NCBI GenBank assembly: GCA_027079365.1
Contig: JALWVW010000325.1
Location: 1 to 40,621 of the forward strand
Direction: 5' to 3'
Origin: Campylobacteraceae bacterium
GTDB lineage: Bacteria; Campylobacterota; Campylobacteria; Campylobacterales; Sulfurovaceae
Length of the DNA stretch: 40,621 nucleotides
The first letter of the stretch is position 1, and every line of letters starts with the position of its first letter. Made by a program: the position numbers and the translations under genes. The notes below the pieces were generated by a model. That model saw nothing but the letters and a program-made list of their open reading frames with translations. It ran no database searches and was not told the DNA's origin. Below are positions 17,495-25,102 of the stretch, piece by piece.

Positions 17495-18235
17495 CTAGTT
17501 TTTGATGCACCTGATTGGGATGCCATAGGAGGTATTTCCGATAAAGCCCGTTCTGCCCACATCACTAAATGTAAAACCTTTTGCCTGCACACCACTGTCG
17601 TTGACAATAAAATCACTAGACCATATTTTGGCTTGCGCTTCATCTCCCAGTAGAGAACCACCAAACGGCCATCTTACTCCTGATGAGGGGAGTTTTATAA
17701 AACTTTCAAATACAGCAAGATTGCTTGTGCTCCGGCTGGGAACCTCCTCGAAGATCTCATTGAATGTCGGGACTCTGAACCCATCAGGGCAGACAGAAGA
17801 GCCGTCTTTGCGATCCCAATACGCCTTGCGTTTAGTGCCATTTTCATCGTCTGTCGTCCATCCTGTACCACCTATAACAAACTTGCTTCCGGTTGATTCT
17901 ATATCGCCAATCTCAGTATCCTGGGTGGATGAACCTATCTTCTCATGCCCGTCTGATCCTCTTCCCCACTGGTAATAGTCTCCGTAGCAGGAGACGTCAT
18001 CAAAGCTTTCACAGGCTTGCTCAGCTCCTAGGTTTCTGTCCAGCCATGTTCTGTTTGTCTCCGGGGATTTCACAGTCTTGTATGTAAAATCCTTGTGGGT
18101 TATAGTGATGATATCACTTGCACCACCTGTGCCACCGGAAGACTCTTCATTGGAGCTGCCTCCACCCCCACAACCCATGACTAGCAGTGTGGTTGCTGCA
18201 CCTATGATAAATCTATTCTTGTGTAACTGTAACAT
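17495..18235 (-). CDS. lipoprotein with one FISUMP (Fibrobacter succinogenes major paralogous) domain
   Basis: Lipobox LLVMGC followed by a Gly/Ser linker. Domain pattern: YKTVKSP..RTWLDRNLGA...CYGDYYQWGR..DGH...CPDGFRVPT..E...LPSSG...IWSS...GIPIRCIKN. Confidence 0.8.
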   Translation of the reverse strand: MLQLHKNRFIIGAATTLLVMGCGGGGSSNEESSGGTGGASDIITITHKDFTYKTVKSPETNRTWLDRNLGAEQACESFDDVSCYGDYYQWGRGSDGHEKIGSSTQDTEIGDIESTGSKFVIGGTGWTTDDENGTKRKAYWDRKDGSSVCPDGFRVPTFNEIFEEVPSRSTSNLAVFESFIKLPSSGVRWPFGGSLLGDEAQAKIWSSDFIVNDSGVQAKGFTFSDVGRTGFIGNTSYGIPIRCIKN

Positions 18236-18258
18236 ATAAAACTCCTTTTATTTTTTGT

Positions 18259-20718
18259 TTAGTCTTTGATGCACCTGACATTGATGCCATACATGGCATA
18301 CACCGCCTGCGCAGTAATATAGCTTACCGGGTACCCGGTATTTTTGGAGAACTGTAGACTCATAGGTTTGGATGTGCCGTTGTTGTCCAAGGTATTGGCA
18401 TAGACAGAGCCCCTTCTTGCTCTGGTGTCATTGGGGTTAAACAGTCCACGTGTCCTCTCTTCGCCAGAAGGAAGCTTCAAGAAACTTTCAAAGACAGCAG
18501 AAGCATCTATGAGCCCTACTGATATCGTTTCGAGACGCAGTTCATTTATACTTGGTACTCTGTATCCTGTCGGACATATAGAACTACCGTCTGTTTTGGC
18601 CCATCTCTCCATCCGTCTTGTCCCGTTAGCATCATCTGTTGTCCAATCGGAAGCACCAATATCCTTGATGAAAAATTTCAATCCTGGATGATCAATATCG
18701 GCGATAGGTGTTTTCGTATATCTGGATGTCGGTATCTGATGTCCGTCTGTTCCTCTGCCCCATTGATAGTAGTCCCCAAAGCAGCTTGCGTCATCATAAC
18801 TTGTGCATAGACGAGAGGCTCCGAGATTTCTGTCAAGCCATACTCTGCCTGTATGCGGCGAGATGACAGTACCATATCCTATACCATTGTGTGTCATCTC
18901 TATGGTTTCATCTGCATCAAGTATGTTGATTGTGATAGTCTGTCTCGTTTCCTGCATGGTAGCATCTGTGACTATGGCGACAAAGCTGTAGGTTGTTTTC
19001 CCGCTTTCAAAGTCTGGAAGATCGATAAAGGTCACCACTCCTGTCTGGCTGTGCACCTGAAATAGGGAGGCATCATCTCCCTCCAGTGTATAGTGAACAT
19101 AGGTTTCTGAAGCAGCATGCAGTGTCATGGCTATACTGCTGTTTTCGAGTACATTTACTGAGCTTGGCGATGTGAATGCCAGTGGTATTTCAGCATTGTT
19201 GTCTAATATTTTGACTGTAACATTTTGTTCCCCTCTGTTTCCGCTGCTGTCTGTAGCGACTGCGGTAAAATGATAGCTAGGCTTCTGTTCATAATCAGGT
19301 GTATTCTCAAACTCTACTACACCAGTCAATGCATCTATACTGAAGCTGCCAGCATCGGTACCTTCTATGGTAAAGTGTAATGCACTCTGGTCAGTAGCGA
19401 CAACAGTAAATGAAGCTGAAGTATTATTCTCCTTGACTTGGAAAGTTGAAGGAGAGGTGAAGACCGGTATTTGTGTATCAGGAATATGCTGTATGCACCG
19501 TATGGGAAGCCCTCTGCTTCTTACTGCATTGTCCTTATAGGCTCTGCTACTGAGAAAACTCAGGTGCATAGCATGTGATCCCTCTACTGAGTTGACCCAC
19601 AGTGAAGCGACAGCCCCCGGATACACTGTACCGTCTCTATAGGCTCTATATCCGGAGGAGGGTAGCTTCAAGAAGCTTGCAAATGCGGCCAGATTAGAGT
19701 TTGTGGGGCTTTGCAGTGCGGTGGTTTCTGCCTCCAGTTCTTTCAGGATAGGTACCCTGAAGCCAGCAGGACATACCGTACTGCCATCTGTCATTGCCCA
19801 GACTGACTGGCGCAATACCCCCTCGGTGTCTGTACTGAGCCAGTCAGCGCTACCAGTGACAAAATTATCACTGCTCGCAGTAAGTTCGTCTTCCTGAGTC
19901 TGTGTTGTTGCAGAGGATGCCGTCTCGTGTCCGTCTGCCATTCTTCCCCATTGAAAATAATCTCCATAGCAGCTGATATCATCATGGGCAATACAGTCAA
20001 AGGAGGCACCAATATTTCTGTCCAGCCATACTCTGCCTGTGTGGGGTGAAACAACAGTATTGTACTCTGTATCACGATATATGATCTCTGCACTCTCTTC
20101 TCTGTCCAGGATAGTGATGGTGATAAGTACCTGTACACTTATAACGCCGGATGCATATTCTGCTGTAGCATAAAACTGATAAGATCTTTTCCGCTCATAG
20201 TCTGGTGCTTTGCGAAATACTACCAGACCTGTAGTTGTATTGAGGTCAAAGTATTTTGTATCTAGATCATAGATGTGGTAGTAGACCGTATCTTTACCTA
20301 TGGCAAACAGTTTAATAGCCGTTATGTTGTTCTCGTAGACACTTACGTTATTTTCGGAGATCATAATGGGAATATCGATGACAAGCTTAAATTTATCGAT
20401 GAGAGATTGTATTTTGTCACTGTTGTTGACATCCTCTGCTGTCAGTCCGCTTATGATGCGGTTGATATCCTCCAGATTCTCCTCATCGACACCTGAGACA
20501 CCCGCATCTCGATAATCCTGTACTTGAGGGATATCAGAATTGCTGCCGTTGCTTATGGCATATACTTTGATCTTCCCTATGGCTGTCTCCCGGACTTCTC
20601 CCTGTGAGGGCTGGTGTGTGCTGCTGTTCTCGTCCAGATCTATGCCGCCACCACAGGCGGTCAGTGCGATAGCAACTGCTGCTGCGGCAAGTAAGTCTCT
20701 TATTTTGGCTGAGATCAT
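18259..20718 (-). CDS. large lipoprotein: cadherin-like repeat, FISUMP, two cadherin-like repeats, FISUMP
   Basis: Lipobox IALTAC. Three cadherin-like repeats, for example FQVKENNTSASFTVVATDQSALHFTIEGTDAGSFSIDALTGVVEFENTPDYEQKPSYHFTAVATDSSGNRGEQNVTVKILD. Two FISUMP domains (VWLDRNIGAS...CYGDYFQWGR...CPAGFRVP...LPIRCIQH and VWLDRNLGAS...CFGDYYQWGR...CPTGYRVPS...INVRCIKD). AAAGGAG RBS. Confidence 0.85.
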   Translation of the reverse strand: MISAKIRDLLAAAAVAIALTACGGGIDLDENSSTHQPSQGEVRETAIGKIKVYAISNGSNSDIPQVQDYRDAGVSGVDEENLEDINRIISGLTAEDVNNSDKIQSLIDKFKLVIDIPIMISENNVSVYENNITAIKLFAIGKDTVYYHIYDLDTKYFDLNTTTGLVVFRKAPDYERKRSYQFYATAEYASGVISVQVLITITILDREESAEIIYRDTEYNTVVSPHTGRVWLDRNIGASFDCIAHDDISCYGDYFQWGRMADGHETASSATTQTQEDELTASSDNFVTGSADWLSTDTEGVLRQSVWAMTDGSTVCPAGFRVPILKELEAETTALQSPTNSNLAAFASFLKLPSSGYRAYRDGTVYPGAVASLWVNSVEGSHAMHLSFLSSRAYKDNAVRSRGLPIRCIQHIPDTQIPVFTSPSTFQVKENNTSASFTVVATDQSALHFTIEGTDAGSFSIDALTGVVEFENTPDYEQKPSYHFTAVATDSSGNRGEQNVTVKILDNNAEIPLAFTSPSSVNVLENSSIAMTLHAASETYVHYTLEGDDASLFQVHSQTGVVTFIDLPDFESGKTTYSFVAIVTDATMQETRQTITINILDADETIEMTHNGIGYGTVISPHTGRVWLDRNLGASRLCTSYDDASCFGDYYQWGRGTDGHQIPTSRYTKTPIADIDHPGLKFFIKDIGASDWTTDDANGTRRMERWAKTDGSSICPTGYRVPSINELRLETISVGLIDASAVFESFLKLPSGEERTRGLFNPNDTRARRGSVYANTLDNNGTSKPMSLQFSKNTGYPVSYITAQAVYAMYGINVRCIKD

Positions 20719-20865
20719 CTTTTCTCCTTTATAAAAAGTTATATATAGAAATTATATATGTTAATTTGTGACATGGATGTAACAGATGTATTTCTCAGCA
20801 TTGCATTGACTGAAGGGTAGACAAGACACCTTTTTATCCTTTAACACAGTTTTCATAGATACAGC

Positions 20866-20893
20866 ATGGCACAAGAGTGTCACGAAGTGTCAT
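20866..20893 (-). promoter_or_regulatory. 28-bp conserved operator-like element (copy A) upstream of the 819-aa lipoprotein gene
   Basis: ATGGCACAAGAGTGTCACGAAGTGTCAT matches 26 of 28 positions at 22796-22823. It contains GTGTCA direct repeats 10 bp apart (20877, 20887) plus an inverted arm ATG(G/A)CAC. It lies in the 271-bp gap between the TSP3 gene stop and the next gene start. Confidence 0.55.
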
Positions 20894-20938
20894 TGTGGGG
20901 AAATGTGTTGAGGGGGTTAAGGTGTACTTTGGGATGGT

Positions 20939-20972
20939 CAATACACTAGCCACTATACTGGCTAGTGTATTG
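20939..20972 (-). terminator. perfect 13-bp stem, 8-nt loop hairpin just downstream of the TSP3-repeat gene
   Basis: CAATACACTAGCC-actatact-GGCTAGTGTATTG begins 18 nt after the stop at 20990. No U-tract follows on the transcribed strand, so this may be a terminator, an attenuator or an mRNA-end stabiliser. Confidence 0.35.
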
Positions 20973-20989
20973 GGGAAGCGTACTTTGGT

Positions 20990-22726
20990 TTATTGTACGG
21001 TTGGATCGGTTGGGGCAGTATCTGTGTTATCAGGCACGCCATCACCGTCTGTATCTGCTTTGAGAGGGTCAGTTTCTCCGGCATCGACTACACCGTTGGC
21101 ATTGATATCCTCTGCACCATCAGGCAGACTATCACCATCCGTATCTGCCACTCTCGGATCGGTTTCTCCTGCATCAACGGTTGCGTTATTGTTTCTGTTT
21201 TCCTGTCCGTCACTCATACCATCACTATCCGTATCGAAATTCGTCGGGTCAGTACCCATCTGGAACTCTATGAGGTTGGCGACACCATCACCATCTGCGT
21301 CTTTCATGTCATCTGTAGTGCCGGTTGCACCAGTATCTGAAAGTGTGTCATTGGTTCCCAGCAGTGTCTCTTGAGCCAGTGTGAGCCCATCACTATCACT
21401 GTCATCAGCGCCATTGGTTACAGGATCATTAGGATTATTCGGATTGGTGCTAAATGTGGTCACTTCTGCACCATCACTAAGACCATCTCCATCGCTGTCT
21501 GCATTGGTCGGACTTGTACCGCCCAGTACCTCTTGCGCATTGGTGAGTCCATCATGGTCATCGTCATTGGCACCATTTGCTGTAGGAGAGTTGGCATCCA
21601 GCGGATTGGTAGGTGGTGTGGCTGCGATCTCTGCAGCATCAGTGATACCGTCATTGTCGTCATCTGGATCAATATTGTTACCCAGACCATCACCGTCGGT
21701 GTCTCTCCAGTCAGCTGCATTGAGTGGGAAGGCATCATTGGTGTCTGCAATACCGTCACCGTCATCATCCAAGTCAAAGTAGTTGGTGATACCATCAAGA
21801 TCTGTGTCTGCACATTCACCGCTTACTGTTGGACTGTTGGCATCGCTGGGATTGCTGCTGATAGAGGCTTCAAAGGGGTCGCTTAGGCAGTCTCCGTCTG
21901 TATCAGCATATACCATATTGAGAGGATCAGTGTCGCTGCTGTCTGGGATGCCGTCATTATCGTCATCCATGTCAGCACCATCCATAGTGCCATCACCATC
22001 TGTGTCAGCATTTCCATTGGTCTGTGGAGAGTTGAAGTCTGTTGGATCACTGCCTGCTGCTGCTTCCTGCGCATTGGTAAGTCCGTCAGCATCTGCATCA
22101 GCGCCTCCATTGACCGTAGGTACATTCACATCTGTAGGATCACTGTCCATACTATCGTTGAGTCCATCTCCATCTGTGTCGGGCACTGCAGCACTGGTGC
22201 CAGCCATGGCTTCCTGTGCATTGGTAAGTCCATCACCATCTGGATCTGCATCCCCAGCAGCTGTCGGATCATTTGCGTCATAAGGATTGGTTCCGTTTGT
22301 TGTCTCATCGGCATCACTGATTCCATCAAAGTCGCTGTCTGGTGATACCTGCACAGTGATCGTAACTGTAGCTGTATTGGAGCTGTCACCATCATCATCA
22401 TCAACGGTGTAGGTAAAGGTATCTGTACCTACAAAGCCGGAATTTGGGGTATAGGTGACCATACCAGCAGCTGTAGGTGCAGAGAGGCCACCACTGGCAG
22501 GTGTGCTTACGATCACCACAGTAGCCGCATCGACAGTGCCATCACTGTCTGTGTCATTGGCTACTACATTGATCGCAACAGCAGTACCAGCAGAGGTGGT
22601 TGCTGTATCGTTGGCAGCTACAGGTGCAATGTTGCCACCACCGCCACCGCCGCCACCGCCACCGCCACAGCCGGTTAGTATCAGCATGCTTGATGCAATG
22701 GTCGAGAGAAGTATATGATTTTTCAT
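20990..22726 (-). CDS. lipoprotein with cadherin/Ig-like N-domain and many thrombospondin type-3-like Ca-binding repeats
   Basis: Lipobox ILTGC followed by 11 Gly. VAANDTATTSAGTAVAINVVANDTDSDGTVD...FTYTVDDDDGDSSNTATVTITV is an adhesin-type beta domain. More than 15 DxDxDGxxDxxD units follow (DTDGDGLNDSMD, DDDNDGIPDSSD, DSDGDGLSDGAE, DTDGDGVPDNTD...). Confidence 0.85.
   Translation of the reverse strand: MKNHILLSTIASSMLILTGCGGGGGGGGGGGNIAPVAANDTATTSAGTAVAINVVANDTDSDGTVDAATVVIVSTPASGGLSAPTAAGMVTYTPNSGFVGTDTFTYTVDDDDGDSSNTATVTITVQVSPDSDFDGISDADETTNGTNPYDANDPTAAGDADPDGDGLTNAQEAMAGTSAAVPDTDGDGLNDSMDSDPTDVNVPTVNGGADADADGLTNAQEAAAGSDPTDFNSPQTNGNADTDGDGTMDGADMDDDNDGIPDSSDTDPLNMVYADTDGDCLSDPFEASISSNPSDANSPTVSGECADTDLDGITNYFDLDDDGDGIADTNDAFPLNAADWRDTDGDGLGNNIDPDDDNDGITDAAEIAATPPTNPLDANSPTANGANDDDHDGLTNAQEVLGGTSPTNADSDGDGLSDGAEVTTFSTNPNNPNDPVTNGADDSDSDGLTLAQETLLGTNDTLSDTGATGTTDDMKDADGDGVANLIEFQMGTDPTNFDTDSDGMSDGQENRNNNATVDAGETDPRVADTDGDSLPDGAEDINANGVVDAGETDPLKADTDGDGVPDNTDTAPTDPTVQ
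22634..22666 (-). repeat. (GGY)11 trinucleotide tract encoding the poly-Gly linker after the lipobox Cys
   Basis: The plus strand reads gcc acc acc gcc acc gcc gcc acc gcc acc gcc, and codon positions were checked against the start at 22726. It gives an in-frame run of 11 Gly directly after Cys20. Confidence 0.9.
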
Positions 22727-22795
22727 AAGATATCCTTTATGTTAAAATAGAATTTTAAAGCCACCGAAGGGGCACATCGCTTTTGATGCTGAAGT

Positions 22796-22823
22796 ATGAC
22801 ACAGGAGTGTCACGAAGTGTCAT
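22796..22823 (-). promoter_or_regulatory. 28-bp conserved operator-like element (copy B) upstream of the TSP3-repeat lipoprotein gene
   Basis: ATGACACAGGAGTGTCACGAAGTGTCAT has outer arms ATGACAC/GTGTCAT that are exact inverted repeats, plus an inner GTGTCA direct repeat with 10-bp spacing. It lies about 38 nt upstream of a TAAAAT -10 candidate, in the 123-bp gap between the regulator stop and the lipoprotein start. Confidence 0.55.
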
Positions 22824-22849
22824 GTGGATAAAAAGAGGGTATTGTGGGG

Positions 22850-23533
22850 CTACTTGAGCCGGTATCCTTTGCCATAGATACTGTCGATGCAGCCAGAGGG
22901 GAGTTTTTTGCGTAGGAGGCTAACCTGGTTTTTGACTGAGCCCAGTGAGATATCTCTCTCCCAGGCATCTTCCCAGAGTATGACCATAATATCTTCGTAG
23001 CAGACGAGCTCCGTTCTTTTATCTATAAGGAGTGCGAGAAGCTTGTACTCTTTTGCGGTAAGTGTCACCACTTTGCCGTGGAGATAGAGGATCTCTTCTT
23101 GCTTGTCCCATTGGCATTTGTGAGAGAGGGAAATAAAGCGCTTGGAGTCTTGGCTAAGCTCATTGGCTAGAAGCTGCATGGTCTCCTTGAAGGCCTTTGG
23201 CGTGATGGGCTTGATGAGGTATTTGGTCAGTTTGAGCTCTGTTGCGGTCAGAAGTTTCTCCTGTTCGGTATGTGCTGTGAGCATGATGATCTTGACACTT
23301 TTGTTGTCTTGACGGATCTCTTTAGCGACACTGAGCCCATCGATATAGGGAAGGTTGATATCCAGCAGTACCACATCGGGATGATATTTTTCATAGGAGG
23401 CTATCGCCTGGGCACCATCATCTGCTGTATAGACGGTACCAAAGAACTCCTGCAGGTACTCCACGAGATTGGCCTGGATATCCGGCTCATCCTCTACATA
23501 GAGGATAGTGTTATCTTTGAGTATCTCTAGCAT
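22850..23533 (-). CDS. OmpR/PhoB-family response regulator
   Basis: I prefer ATG 23533 (MLEILKDNTILYVEDEPD...), which is preceded by AAGGAG. Receiver motifs are VVLLDINLP and IIMLTAH. The winged helix reads LTAKEYKLLALLI...VKNQVSLLRKKL...IYGKGYRLK. Confidence 0.9.
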   Translation of the reverse strand: MLEILKDNTILYVEDEPDIQANLVEYLQEFFGTVYTADDGAQAIASYEKYHPDVVLLDINLPYIDGLSVAKEIRQDNKSVKIIMLTAHTEQEKLLTATELKLTKYLIKPITPKAFKETMQLLANELSQDSKRFISLSHKCQWDKQEEILYLHGKVVTLTAKEYKLLALLIDKRTELVCYEDIMVILWEDAWERDISLGSVKNQVSLLRKKLPSGCIDSIYGKGYRLK

Positions 23534-23564
23534 GAGGTCTCCTTTTTTCAAGTATATCCAGAAA

Positions 23565-23580
23565 GTGTCATGAACCGTCA
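23565..23580 (-). promoter_or_regulatory. weaker third copy of the (G/C)(T/C)GTCA 10-bp-spaced direct repeat, between kinase and regulator genes
   Basis: GTGTCATGAACCGTCA has the same orientation as copies A and B and lies 32-47 nt upstream of the regulator ATG. It could mark an internal or autoregulated promoter. Confidence 0.3.
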
Positions 23581-23614
23581 CTATTCTGCTGCGAATGATA
23601 TATCTAGAACATCT

Positions 23615-24997
23615 CTAAATGGTTGGTGGTATCATAGTGGAGAGGTTGGTAGGTATCTTGAGTGTAAAGCATGCACCTTCTGCTGTATTGGCAGCATACA
23701 GTCCTCCTCCCATATTGTGCTCTATAATGATCTTGGCGATATAGAGCCCCAGTCCGGTGCCCCCTGACTTGTTTTTGGTCGTATAGTAAGGGTTAAATAT
23801 CTTCTCCAGGTGCTCCAAGGCAATACCCCTGGCATTGTCATTGATCTCCAGCCATAGGGTATCTGATTTTTCATGGATCGTGATGTAGATTTTCTTTTTA
23901 TTGATCTCTCTGGTCTCTAGCGCCTCTTTGGCATTGTCCAGGAGGATGATCAGCACCTGTATCAGTTCATTCTTATAACCATAGATAGAGACTCGATACG
24001 GGTTTTGTACCTGTATATCGACCTCTTTTAGGGTGCCGGACATGAGCTTGAGTACCATGCGGAGCGCTGTGTGTATATCAAACTGTTGTTTCTGTTTTTT
24101 GGGCGTAAAAAGACCTCGAAAATCTTCGATGGTTTGTGACATATGGGTAGTAAGGTCGGAGAGCTCGTCTATCTTTTGTGTCAGGTATTTTTGATGTTTA
24201 CCCTCTGAGACACGGTCTATGTTGAGCAAGATGGCATTAATATTCATTAGTGGTTGTCGCCATTGGTGCGCAATGGAGTCGATCATTTCTCCCATGCTTG
24301 CCATGCGGCACTGGCGCAAGAGCATCTGCTCCTGTGCCAGCCTCTGGTTGACCTCCATCTCTACGCGTTGCTGTAGTGCTGCATTGAAGTGCGTGAGCTT
24401 CTCGGTCTTTTGTGTTACTTTTTGTTTCAGCTCTTGATTGTAGCGTACAAGGCGACGTTTCTCTGCCTCTTTAACCTGTTCGTAGGTGTACATCACAAAG
24501 GTAGTGATGAGAAATGCAGCGATCAATGTGACATATTCTGCCAGTGTATAGGGGTAGCCTGTGATAAGAAGATAGAAAATAAAGAGGCACACCATGACAA
24601 ACATGATCGTACCCCCAGTTCTGTTCAGGAAGAAAAAGATCAGGATAGGTGCAGAAATCACCCAGAGGATATTGAGATGATTCTGAGGAACATAAAAGAA
24701 AATCACCGCAGTGTAGCTAAAGAAAAGGATCATAAACCAGATAGAGTAGGCCTGATAGAGCCCTTTGTCATGTCTTAGTCTGAAAAATCCACCCAGTAGG
24801 AAGATACCCAGAAGGAGCTGACTAATGCCGACAATTAGGTTCCCCTCTCTTAGTCTAAACAGAGAAAAGGCAAGTACCCCCAACCCAAAGAAGAAGGAAA
24901 TGATCAGAATGGCAAAAATCTGGTGTTTGAGTATCCATTCTGTCTCATCAAACTGTTCTGATGATGAAAAAAACTGTATGAACTTCCGGAAGAGCAT
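23615..24997 (-). CDS. membrane sensor histidine kinase (multi-TM sensor, HisKA plus HATPase)
   Basis: About 6 TM helices in the first roughly 190 aa, then a coiled coil. H-box MGEMIDSIAHQWRQPL, N-box LIILLDNAKEAL, G-box TGLGLYIAKIIIE. It lies upstream of the regulator and is co-directional with it. Confidence 0.88.
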   Translation of the reverse strand: MLFRKFIQFFSSSEQFDETEWILKHQIFAILIISFFFGLGVLAFSLFRLREGNLIVGISQLLLGIFLLGGFFRLRHDKGLYQAYSIWFMILFFSYTAVIFFYVPQNHLNILWVISAPILIFFFLNRTGGTIMFVMVCLFIFYLLITGYPYTLAEYVTLIAAFLITTFVMYTYEQVKEAEKRRLVRYNQELKQKVTQKTEKLTHFNAALQQRVEMEVNQRLAQEQMLLRQCRMASMGEMIDSIAHQWRQPLMNINAILLNIDRVSEGKHQKYLTQKIDELSDLTTHMSQTIEDFRGLFTPKKQKQQFDIHTALRMVLKLMSGTLKEVDIQVQNPYRVSIYGYKNELIQVLIILLDNAKEALETREINKKKIYITIHEKSDTLWLEINDNARGIALEHLEKIFNPYYTTKNKSGGTGLGLYIAKIIIEHNMGGGLYAANTAEGACFTLKIPTNLSTMIPPTI

Positions 24998-25102
24998 CTG
25001 TTTGCCTTATTATAAATAATTATGTTTTAAAAGTATATTTCACAATATATCAAAATAGTTTTAAATAAAGACTAAAAAATGAAATTTGTCTGTACTGTTT
25101 AG

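Noticed and set aside
20877-20892. Interpreting the GTGTCAC-gaa-GTGTCA repeat as a canonical Pho box, which would make the island phosphate-regulated
   Set aside because: The repeat spacing is 10 bp, not the 11 bp of E. coli-type Pho boxes. The Campylobacter Pho box, as I recall it, is different. The cognate kinase shows no PhoR-like features that I can recognise.
20877-22718. Series of plus-strand ORFs (165, 133, 171, 166 and 87 aa) rich in Ser/Pro/Val
   Set aside because: They are antisense shadows of the Asp/Gly/Thr-rich TSP3-repeat gene. Repetitive GAY/GGY/ACY codons read as S/P/V on the opposite strand and suppress stop codons.
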